DNA of 64,000 nt, taken from Spirochaetia bacterium. GTDB lineage: Bacteria; Spirochaetota; Spirochaetia; UBA9216. Positions 55,963 through 64,000 of the stretch are shown piece by piece. A model generated the notes under the pieces. It did not search any database and was not told where the DNA came from. It was given only the letters and a program-made list of their open reading frames with translations. A program made the position numbers and the translations under genes. The stretch lies in the NCBI GenBank assembly GCA_965140585.1, contig OZ223270.1:352001-416000 (forward strand), read 5' to 3'. The stretch's first letter is position 1; each line of letters opens with the position of its first letter.

Positions 55963-56967
55963 TTATTTAATCTTTTTTCTTTTCTTTCTAAGGCTTTCAG
56001 ATTTGACAGGTGCTTCTGTGTTTTCAGCCTCTTTCAGGACCTGTTTTTTTCTGACATGATACAGAATTACACCGGTTAAAATCATAAACAGACAGAGGAT
56101 CTGTCCTGTAGTAAAGTTTAGAAATGAGTTAAACAAGGCAGGATCCTCCGGGGCTGCTCCAAAATTAAGCGGAAAACCCATATCTGAATCCGGTTCTCTG
56201 AAGTATTCAATAAAAAAGCGGACTATACCGTAGCCGATGAGATAGAAACTAAGCATTGCCCCGTCGAATTTCTTTCTGTTTTTTAGAACAAACCACAACA
56301 CAAGCCACAAAATAATACCTTCAAAGGCGGCCTCATATAGCTGTGAGGGGTGGCGGGGCAGATTAACCAGTCCGGATTCCGGCAGTTTCATACCTACCTC
56401 GGCGGCAACTCTCTGAACCCAGTCAAGTTTGACTGAGAATCTTCCGGCATGAGGAAAAACAATTCCCCATGATTTTGTTGTAACCCGGCCCCAGAGTTCT
56501 CCATTGATAAAGTTTCCAAGCCGGCCGAATGTATAACCCAGCGGAATGCCGGGAGCAGTAAAATCTGCCATCTTGAACCAGCTGATTTTTTTTATCCGGC
56601 AGAAAATAAGCGTACCGACAATCGCTCCGAAAACCCCGCCGTGGTAACTCATTCCCTGCAGTCCGGTAAACTGTCCGTTTCTGAAGGGTACAAATATCAT
56701 CCAGGGGTGGGTGATATAATAGTGTTCTGGGTCATAAATTGTTGTAGCAAAGATCCTCGCACCAATAAGAAGTCCAAGGATACCCCAGAAAAAATAATTA
56801 ACTATATCATCCTCTTTGAGGTTCGGTTTTTCATCTTTTATCTGTTTCTGCATCAGGAACCAGGCAATTCCAAACGCTATGAGATACATAAGGCTGTACC
56901 AGCGGATAGGAAACCCGGGGATTATTTCTGGCTTTATCCATGATGGAAAGTTTATAAATGCAAGCAT
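55963..56967 (-). CDS. lgt: Prolipoprotein diacylglyceryl transferase
   Basis: IRWYSLMY, GARI, GMSYHGG, GRLGNFINGELWGR, HPSQLYE, RFFIEYFREPD. Confidence 0.97.
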   Translation of the reverse strand: MLAFINFPSWIKPEIIPGFPIRWYSLMYLIAFGIAWFLMQKQIKDEKPNLKEDDIVNYFFWGILGLLIGARIFATTIYDPEHYYITHPWMIFVPFRNGQFTGLQGMSYHGGVFGAIVGTLIFCRIKKISWFKMADFTAPGIPLGYTFGRLGNFINGELWGRVTTKSWGIVFPHAGRFSVKLDWVQRVAAEVGMKLPESGLVNLPRHPSQLYEAAFEGIILWLVLWFVLKNRKKFDGAMLSFYLIGYGIVRFFIEYFREPDSDMGFPLNFGAAPEDPALFNSFLNFTTGQILCLFMILTGVILYHVRKKQVLKEAENTEAPVKSESLRKKRKKIK

Positions 56968-59933
56968 TATTTCTCCTTCTGCTTATCTTCCTGCTGATTA
57001 TAGGGAATTTTTTCGAGAAATCCGCTTTCTTCGTTGAAGATAATTTTTACTGATTTCTCTTTCTTTATTATATCAAGGGTTCTTCCGTGACTTTCAAATA
57101 CAACTCCGGGAAAAACCTCTCCCCGTATGATTATTTCTGATGGAAAATGCTGCTCGAACCGTTCCTTCAGTGTGAAGATACGGACCCCTCGTTTTTCCAT
57201 GATTTTCATTAATTTTACCTTCTCCTGCCTCAGCTTGTTCAACCCCTGAGAATCCTTTTCCTTCTCACAATTTCTCATCTCGGGATCAAGCTTAACAAGA
57301 CGGTTTTTTATTTTTGTTATTTCTTTCTCTTCTATCTCAATCTGATCGGCAATCAGATAATCCTGACCGAAAGAAATCTCGGTTCTTGTACCGGAAAGAG
57401 AGCCTATATTTGCAGCTTCAATCCCCTTCCTTGCCTGAATTTTTCCGCCTACCAGGTATCCTTTCTCAGTCATAAGTCTTAGTTTTCCATTGCATTTTAC
57501 CTTGCATCCGAAAACCGCATTCTTTACGATGATGTCTTCGACAGCCAGAAGCGTGGCTCTTTCAGCGAATGAAACTCTAATGGAATCTTTTGCCCGCAGC
57601 AGGGCCTTGCCGCCGCCCTTGATACCCTGATTGACTGTTATGGTTTTCTCAGACGAAAGCAGAGACATCTCCGAGTTCATTCCAATGTTTACATCACCGC
57701 CGGCCATAATGTAGAAACCGTTTTTTACGGTTCCTTTAACCTGAACATCTCCGCTGAATTTGATGTTGCCCACGCTGAAATCTACATCACCCTTAACGAA
57801 AAATCCCTCCTGGATCTCTATTTTATTATTTTCATAGATCAGCCTACCGGCCTTTTCAGCCATCAGGAAGGTATTGCCCTCTTCATCTTTTTCTTCAATG
57901 ACGTTTGAACCGATTTCAACATTCAGCGGAGTCAGCTGTTTTGCAGGTAAAGTATTTCCAAGAACATCCCAGCCGTCCTCAGATTCCCCCTGAAGGACCT
58001 GAATCTCAGCCAGGATCTCACCCTTTTTAACATTAGTAATCCGGTTCTGGCTGCGGTAGTTCGCCTTCCCTTTTTCGTCGATGGAGACCTTGTTTCCATC
58101 AGCCATTTCAGCCAGAAACTTAAGTTTGTATTCTCCGGCATTCTTCGGAGCTTTTCCCATCGCAAACAGAGCTCCACCAACAGGCTCGCCGGTCCTGGCT
58201 TTTTCAACAGCACTCTTTACAAGATCAATATTTATTCCCGATTTAAGCCCGGCCTCGGCAATCTGCCTGTTAACCTCTTCAAGTGACGGGGGAATTCCGG
58301 TTCCGGCAGCAGGCTCAATAGAAAGGGTTGCAGTCATCTTGTCAGCAGCAACCTTTACTTCAATTTTTGCATCACGGTGTCCCCGGACACGGAGTATCGT
58401 TTTTCCTTCTGAATTGAAACATTCAAGAAGTCCGTCAATTTCAGAGATATACATACCCTTTTCAAAACGAACATTCTCAAGTGATTCAATTACAGCACCC
58501 TTTACAGAGGTCTCAATTTCATCTCCGAATACATCGGCACCCTTTTTCCCTGATGTTGAAAGAACAGAGGCAAGGTTCTGATCCTTTTTTACATTGGCTG
58601 CACCGCTGATATCTTTCGGATGGTAATCCGCGGCTGATGGAATATCCCTGAACGCGGCGGCATCCATTCCTCCGGCACGCTTTTTTATATCATCAACTGC
58701 GGCATCAGAAAGCAGTTTAAGCTCATATTCTACCGAACCGCCCTCTCCTTCCTCAGGCGGCGTTCCCTCACATAAAATGAAGCGGATGTCTTTTTCGGCA
58801 CTTTTTTGAAAATCAAGAATCACTTCCTGAATTTTTTTAAGGTCCATTCCCTTCAGGCCACTGTTCTTAATTGTACTTCCAACTTCTTTCAGAACCAGAG
58901 GCTTGCCGGCACCTCGGCCCTTATGCATCACCATTTCGGCAACGAGCTTATCATCCGAGACTTCAATACTGAAATAACCGTCATCATCACTGCTAATAAT
59001 GACATTCTTCAGAACTTTTCCGGCTACAGCGGCAGTGGATATAATCTGGCTGATCTTTTCAGTACCGACCAGGTCAGGTTCAGGACATCCCAGCATTTCC
59101 GCCCTTTTAATAATTTCAGCAGGGTCTGGAAGACTGACTTCCTCTCCTCCTGGATTGAAATTAAGAAGACAGGTGTTTTTATCTTTTGAAAGTTCCAGAT
59201 TCCAGTCATGGCTTTTAAAAGGTATAACCTCAATCCAGTTCCATCCCCGGCGGACAATACCCGTTTCTGTCGCGATAATTGAACTGCCCTTCTTCTCGGT
59301 ATTGGTTCCCAGCCAGAACTCATCTTCCTGAGATAGAGGCACAATAGGCTTTCCGTATACATCTTTACCGGGTTTACCGGGTTTTGCCGCTATTATATCT
59401 GCAAGTTTATCTTCTTTTTCAGCCCAGCCGGCCGAGATTACATCAGGAATCACATTAACCCTGACTTTTTTCTCTTTTTTAACGACATCCTTTACAGTCT
59501 CGGTTTTCTCTTTTCCAAAAGGAAGAAGCCCTTTTTTCTTAACAGTTTTTTCTACTGAAACCTTTTCTGTTTCAATATTCCAGATTTCAGGCGCTGCGGC
59601 ATTTTTTAAAAACCGCTCAACGTCATCTTCCAGGCCTTCGGGGATTTTCAGCTCAACCCACTCCCGTTCTTCGGGAACGGGAAGCTCGGCATGATCACCC
59701 TCAGCTATGGTAATACTGATCTCATCCTTAGATTCGAGTAGCTTTTCAATTTTCTGTTCAAGTTCTTTTCTGTCAAAACCGTATGTGATTTTGTTTTCTG
59801 CGATCAGCCTGTTAAGGCCCTGTGCATCTATCTCTGTCCCGTTTTCATCCGGAACAAAATGAAGCACGGCAAGCAGAGCTTCATCATCTGTCTCAATGCT
59901 GATTCTGCCAAGAAGTTTTTGTTCGCCCGCCAT
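56967..59933 (-). CDS. FapA/DUF342 family protein, long form with repeated N-terminal modules
   Basis: Repeated (D/E)K..A.L modules; GKDVYG, GADVFG and GWDVLG repeats; C-terminal GDVDFSVGNIKFSGDV beta-helix. Confidence 0.85.
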   Translation of the reverse strand: MAGEQKLLGRISIETDDEALLAVLHFVPDENGTEIDAQGLNRLIAENKITYGFDRKELEQKIEKLLESKDEISITIAEGDHAELPVPEEREWVELKIPEGLEDDVERFLKNAAAPEIWNIETEKVSVEKTVKKKGLLPFGKEKTETVKDVVKKEKKVRVNVIPDVISAGWAEKEDKLADIIAAKPGKPGKDVYGKPIVPLSQEDEFWLGTNTEKKGSSIIATETGIVRRGWNWIEVIPFKSHDWNLELSKDKNTCLLNFNPGGEEVSLPDPAEIIKRAEMLGCPEPDLVGTEKISQIISTAAVAGKVLKNVIISSDDDGYFSIEVSDDKLVAEMVMHKGRGAGKPLVLKEVGSTIKNSGLKGMDLKKIQEVILDFQKSAEKDIRFILCEGTPPEEGEGGSVEYELKLLSDAAVDDIKKRAGGMDAAAFRDIPSAADYHPKDISGAANVKKDQNLASVLSTSGKKGADVFGDEIETSVKGAVIESLENVRFEKGMYISEIDGLLECFNSEGKTILRVRGHRDAKIEVKVAADKMTATLSIEPAAGTGIPPSLEEVNRQIAEAGLKSGINIDLVKSAVEKARTGEPVGGALFAMGKAPKNAGEYKLKFLAEMADGNKVSIDEKGKANYRSQNRITNVKKGEILAEIQVLQGESEDGWDVLGNTLPAKQLTPLNVEIGSNVIEEKDEEGNTFLMAEKAGRLIYENNKIEIQEGFFVKGDVDFSVGNIKFSGDVQVKGTVKNGFYIMAGGDVNIGMNSEMSLLSSEKTITVNQGIKGGGKALLRAKDSIRVSFAERATLLAVEDIIVKNAVFGCKVKCNGKLRLMTEKGYLVGGKIQARKGIEAANIGSLSGTRTEISFGQDYLIADQIEIEEKEITKIKNRLVKLDPEMRNCEKEKDSQGLNKLRQEKVKLMKIMEKRGVRIFTLKERFEQHFPSEIIIRGEVFPGVVFESHGRTLDIIKKEKSVKIIFNEESGFLEKIPYNQQEDKQKEK

Positions 59934-59935
59934 AC

Positions 59936-61078
59936 CTATATTTTGAAACCCTGCCTTGAAGCCGTCAGCAGCTTCGATTTAAGCAGGTTATTCTGCTTTT
60001 TTAGTACTGAAATTTCATACTGCTGACTTTTCACTGTCTCGATCAAATCCCCTTTTGTAAGGGTACCGCTGTGAAGCAGGTTTTCAAGCTCCTGTATTTT
60101 ATAGTCAAAATCTATCTCTGCTTCCATTTCCGCATTCTGGTAGCTCTCCTCCATTGTCTGGATCTCCAGTGCGGACTGGTCTTCTATACTTTTCTGAAGT
60201 ATTCTGTCTGTCATCCTGTAAACAGCCTGCGAAATTACAGATTCAGGTTTGTATTTGATTATTGGAAGTCTTGAATTAAGCGCTATATCCTGAAGATGAT
60301 CCCTGTAGATAACGCCCAGATATTCCATTTCGACACCAAGATACTGCTCACATGAGCGTTTTATCTTTTCAGCCTTAACAGAGTCTTTCGGATCATCGAT
60401 CATATTCATTACAATCATCGGCGAAAACGCGTTCATCTTTTTCTTTAATAAATTATATTTATCAGGATCAAGAGATTCAAGTTTTTCGAGTATTCCGGGA
60501 ATATAGATCCTTTGCAGACCCTCGCCGTCAGCAGCAAGCTCATCAAGATAGGCCTTTGCAGGACTTTTTCCGGTAAAACCGGTAGAAATCATTCTGAATA
60601 CTACGTTTTTCAGAAAAAGGTAGGCATTAAGTGTTGCTGTAAGAGCCGGTGCTGTAACAATTATTCCGGTACCTGACATCAGAAAGAAATCAAGGGTATT
60701 AAATGACGTTCCAGCACCGAGGTCAAGAATCAGAAAATCGGTATCAAGCTGACTTAAATGTTTTATCAGCTTCCGTTTCTGATTTGTCTGTATATTGGCA
60801 AGTCCGGGAATTTCAGCATCGCCGGGGATAAACTTCAGATTTTCATAACCGGAATCAAGCAGAATATCTTCAAACTCCACATTGTTTCTTGTAAGCCAGG
60901 TTCCTATACCTGCCTGGCTTCTTCCGGAGTCGAGCATCATATGCAGGTTTGAACCGCCCAGATCAAGGTCTGCAAGTACAGTTTTTTTACCGGCCTGAGC
61001 CAGGGCAATTGAAAGATTTACAGCGAGCAGAGATTTTCCGACACCGCCTTTTCCGCCTGCAACAGGTATAATTTTCAT
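59936..61078 (-). CDS. MinD/FlhG-like P-loop ATPase with C-terminal coiled coil
   Basis: GGKGGVGKS, DLDLGGSNLH, LDLGAGT. Confidence 0.9.
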   Translation of the reverse strand: MKIIPVAGGKGGVGKSLLAVNLSIALAQAGKKTVLADLDLGGSNLHMMLDSGRSQAGIGTWLTRNNVEFEDILLDSGYENLKFIPGDAEIPGLANIQTNQKRKLIKHLSQLDTDFLILDLGAGTSFNTLDFFLMSGTGIIVTAPALTATLNAYLFLKNVVFRMISTGFTGKSPAKAYLDELAADGEGLQRIYIPGILEKLESLDPDKYNLLKKKMNAFSPMIVMNMIDDPKDSVKAEKIKRSCEQYLGVEMEYLGVIYRDHLQDIALNSRLPIIKYKPESVISQAVYRMTDRILQKSIEDQSALEIQTMEESYQNAEMEAEIDFDYKIQELENLLHSGTLTKGDLIETVKSQQYEISVLKKQNNLLKSKLLTASRQGFKI

Positions 61079-61197
61079 CTAATCCTCCGGTTATTGGGAA
61101 AGTATATCATGAAGAAAAAATCACGCAAAGCCTCAGAAAAAAACATGACTTGATGATTATCTTCTGTAACATTAAAATGAATACTGAAGAGGTTTTT

Positions 61198-62640
61198 ATG
61201 AAAAACAAAGAAAGATCAATATGGCTGATAGTTACGATAGTACTTGCAGCTGCCCTGACTTTTTCCTTAATAAGTCCGGGAAGCTCTCTGCAGCTAAGCA
61301 GCCAAAAAAATAACGACTACCTTATCAGGCTCGGCAGGCTTTTCGACATTATCGAGCAAAATTTTGTAGAAGATGTCTCACCTGAAACACTTTATGAAGG
61401 TGCAGCAAAGGGAATGTTTGAAAGTCTGGAGGATCCCTACTCGGTTTATCTTACAGCAGACGATATGGAAGATTTTTCAGATACAACCACCGGAAGTTTC
61501 GGCGGTGTCGGAATGTTTATATCAAAGCAGAGCGGAAAAAGACCCGAGCTCACGGCAGATTCTCCTTTCAGAGACCGATATTTTGATTTCGTCGAGGTTA
61601 TTTCACCGATCGAAGGCTCTCCGGCCTACCGTGCAGGAATATCCGCCGGTGATTTTATAATAGAAATTGACGGAGAATCGGCAGAAGGCCTTTCAACCGA
61701 TGAAGTTGCCGACAGACTCAGGGGAGAGCCCGGAACCGAGGTAAGCTACAAGATCCGGAGACTGGGAAATATCGAACGAGAAATAACAGTCAAGCGTGAA
61801 GTAATTGAAGTACCGACTGTAAAATACGCAATGATCGATGATGAAACGGCCTATCTTAAAATTGTCCGCTGGACGCCCTATACCGAAGAGAGTGTAAAGG
61901 AAGCAGTTGCATTCTTCGAAAAATCCGGCTACGCGTACCTTGTTGTCGATGTCCGCGGAAATCCGGGCGGCCTGCTTTCGAGTGTTGTTGATACAGCAGA
62001 TCTGTTTCTCGATAATGGAATGATAGTCAGTACCAAAAACCGGGATCAGATAAAGATTGAGGAATTTAAAGCAACCCGAAGAACTGATGTCGACGTAAGT
62101 ATTCCTGTCATCCTCCTTATAGACCGAGGCTCGGCCTCTGCATCAGAAATCCTTGCAGGAGCACTTAAGGACAACGACCGGGCATATCTGATAGGCGAAA
62201 CGTCCTTCGGAAAGGGTTCTGTTCAGCAGATAAGCGGTTTCGGAAACGGCGGATTCAAACTTACGACATCTAGATACTATACTCCATCAGGAATAAACAT
62301 TGACCATATCGGTATTGAACCTCAGAAGGAAATTAAAGAAGAGGAACTTTCTGATGAAGAACTTCTGGCACTTGAAAAACTGATAGAAAATAATTATATA
62401 CCCCTGTTTGTTGGAAAATATCCGGATGCAGGCGAAAACCGTATTTCAGCCTTTATTGAAGAACTGAAAGCAGAAGGAATTGATCTTGAAGATCGTCTGC
62501 TGAGACGGCTTATACGGGCTGAAATTAACAGAACCGAAAATGATCCTCCCATTTTTGACCTGGATTATGATATAGTACTACTGTACGCGGTTGACCTTTT
62601 CGAGTCTGGCGGGTACAAAGATTTAGATATTTTCAGATAA
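61198..62640 (+). CDS. ctpA: Carboxyl-terminal processing protease (S41)
   Basis: DPYSVY, FGGVG, PDZ (GSPAYRAGI), DVRGNPGG, SASASEI, FGKGSVQ. Confidence 0.95.
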   Translation: MKNKERSIWLIVTIVLAAALTFSLISPGSSLQLSSQKNNDYLIRLGRLFDIIEQNFVEDVSPETLYEGAAKGMFESLEDPYSVYLTADDMEDFSDTTTGSFGGVGMFISKQSGKRPELTADSPFRDRYFDFVEVISPIEGSPAYRAGISAGDFIIEIDGESAEGLSTDEVADRLRGEPGTEVSYKIRRLGNIEREITVKREVIEVPTVKYAMIDDETAYLKIVRWTPYTEESVKEAVAFFEKSGYAYLVVDVRGNPGGLLSSVVDTADLFLDNGMIVSTKNRDQIKIEEFKATRRTDVDVSIPVILLIDRGSASASEILAGALKDNDRAYLIGETSFGKGSVQQISGFGNGGFKLTTSRYYTPSGINIDHIGIEPQKEIKEEELSDEELLALEKLIENNYIPLFVGKYPDAGENRISAFIEELKAEGIDLEDRLLRRLIRAEINRTENDPPIFDLDYDIVLLYAVDLFESGGYKDLDIFR

Positions 62641-62655
62641 AGTAACAGGATAAAA

Positions 62656-63435
62656 ATGAGACAGTTTGTATTGCCTGATGAATACATCGGGTCCGGACCT
62701 ATTACGCTGACCGGAGAAGAATACCGTTATCTGACCAGGGTTCTTAGAATGGGCCCCGGCCAGATGTTCAACGGGGTAAACCAGGACGGGCGGAAATTTA
62801 TTCTCACAATAAATGCTATGGATGAGATCAGCCTTACCGCCGACTGCATTGAGGTTGAAGATGAAAGGGATTCTAAAGAAGATATGCCGGAAATCATTCT
62901 TATTCAGTGCCTTCCCAAGGGGAAGAAGCTTGAAATGATAATAAGACAGGCTGTAGAAGCAGGTGTAGGGATGGTGATCCCTGTACAGAGTGAAAACAGC
63001 GTACCGGTAATAAAGGAAGACCGCTCAGCCTTTAAAAATGAAAGACTTAAAAAGATTGCCGTTGAGGCTGCTCAGCAGAGCGGCAATAAGGGTGTTCCGA
63101 CAATACTTTCACCGGTTAAGATGAAAGAACTTCCTGAACTTCTTCAGAAACTGGGTAAAAATTCCGGACAGAAACTTTTCTTTCATCAGGAACCGCTGGC
63201 CAACTGGTCTCTTCACAGGTACCTTATCGCGGATACTGAATCTGTTATTATTTTCATAGGTCCGGAAGGCGGCTTTTCAGAAAAAGAAACAGATTTTCTG
63301 CTTGCATCCGGATTCTATCCGGTATATCTTGGTGACAATATTCTGAGAACTGAAACAGCTGCGATATACGCGCTCGGAGCAGTAAAAACAATACTGCTGG
63401 AGAGGAAAGAGTGGAAAGCATACTGCCTGGAATAA
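62656..63435 (+). CDS. rsmE: 16S rRNA m3U1498 methyltransferase RsmE
   Basis: RVLRM, EAAQQS, IGPEGGFS, LGDNILRTETA. Confidence 0.95.
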   Translation: MRQFVLPDEYIGSGPITLTGEEYRYLTRVLRMGPGQMFNGVNQDGRKFILTINAMDEISLTADCIEVEDERDSKEDMPEIILIQCLPKGKKLEMIIRQAVEAGVGMVIPVQSENSVPVIKEDRSAFKNERLKKIAVEAAQQSGNKGVPTILSPVKMKELPELLQKLGKNSGQKLFFHQEPLANWSLHRYLIADTESVIIFIGPEGGFSEKETDFLLASGFYPVYLGDNILRTETAAIYALGAVKTILLERKEWKAYCLE

Positions 63436-64000
63436 AAAGAATCGACTTTCTTAAAGTCCCTGTAGATATAATTCCTGCTGAGGACCTTGAGGAAGTTTTT
63501 AAACATCTTGCTGACAACGGGAAGAAAAACCAGATTGTCCTGATAAATTTTTTTGATCTGATGAGAGCCAGACGCAATAAGGAATATTTGAAAACGCTCA
63601 ATGAAGCTGCACTTGTAATTCCTACTGCAAAATCGATAATCAGCGGAATAAATTTTTTAAAAAAAGGTCAGGCCTTCCGATATAGACCCTTTGATTTTGT
63701 TATTAAAGCCCTGGGTGTTATGGAAATCCAGAAAAAATCTTTATACCTGATAGGCGGAAAAACACATTCGCTGCAGACAGTATTCAGCAATATGAAAATT
63801 TCATTCCCGGGTTTAAATATAGTCGGAAGGTATTCAGGCTACTATTCTGCAGCGATGGAAGAAAACATCCTCGTTGCAATTAAAAAAGCGGCACCGACGT
63901 TTCTGCTTGCCGGAAACGGCCTTAAGGGGAAGGATCGCTGGCTTAACCGGCATAGAGACAGTTTCAATCCCGGAATTTTTCTATGGTGTGCGGAGTGCTA
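63411..64000 (+). CDS. WecB/TagA/CpsF family glycosyltransferase, cut off by the window end (absent from the ORF track)
   Basis: GTG after ggagagga; open frame VESILPGIKRIDFLKVPVD...YLIGG...FPGLNIVGRYSGYY...IKKAAPTFLLAG to the window end. Confidence 0.85.
   Translation, partial: MESILPGIKRIDFLKVPVDIIPAEDLEEVFKHLADNGKKNQIVLINFFDLMRARRNKEYLKTLNEAALVIPTAKSIISGINFLKKGQAFRYRPFDFVIKALGVMEIQKKSLYLIGGKTHSLQTVFSNMKISFPGLNIVGRYSGYYSAAMEENILVAIKKAAPTFLLAGNGLKGKDRWLNRHRDSFNPGIFLWCAEC

Noticed and set aside
1-64000. CRISPR arrays, tandem repeat arrays, riboswitches
   Set aside because: Intergenic regions are all under about 230 bp and show no regularly spaced repeats or recognisable riboswitch cores by eye; an Rfam scan would be needed to exclude small RNAs.

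Overview
64 kb of bacterial chromosome, most likely a free-living Spirochaetales member. This is inferred from the gene complement: DUF2259, a spirochaete-type PilZ protein, a MinD/FlhG-like ATPase-FapA-lgt block opposite ctpA-rsmE, and a spirochaete-like dicarboxylate symporter. The window is gene-dense (about 65 CDS plus tRNA-Ala(CGC)); I saw no CRISPR, integrase or transposase. Housekeeping genes: two trxB paralogs, lspA, thyA, folA, pth, lgt, ktrAB, rsmE, ctpA. Regulatory loci: an STAS/CheD-containing chemosensory cluster, two ECF sigma/anti-sigma modules, a Fur-NifX-Mrp operon with a near-perfect Fur box, and a group-2 (RpoS-like) sigma factor. Most notable: (1) a four-gene locus at 39555-44431 (atypical enolase-superfamily enzyme, TtcA-like PP-loop enzyme, V4R-GAF-HD-GYP sensor phosphodiesterase, LpxL-like acyltransferase) that may be an undescribed make-and-sense small-molecule signalling system feeding c-di-GMP; (2) an orphan darAB dialkylresorcinol pair; (3) MshEN-type c-di-GMP motifs in CheA and in an adjacent J-domain protein; (4) a DHp-REC-GGDEF cyclase inserted by codon overlaps between thyA and folA; (5) a loop-less mini-MotA under ECF control; (6) a repeated leaderless-promoter signature. 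All functional calls come from motif recognition by eye; no database searches were run.
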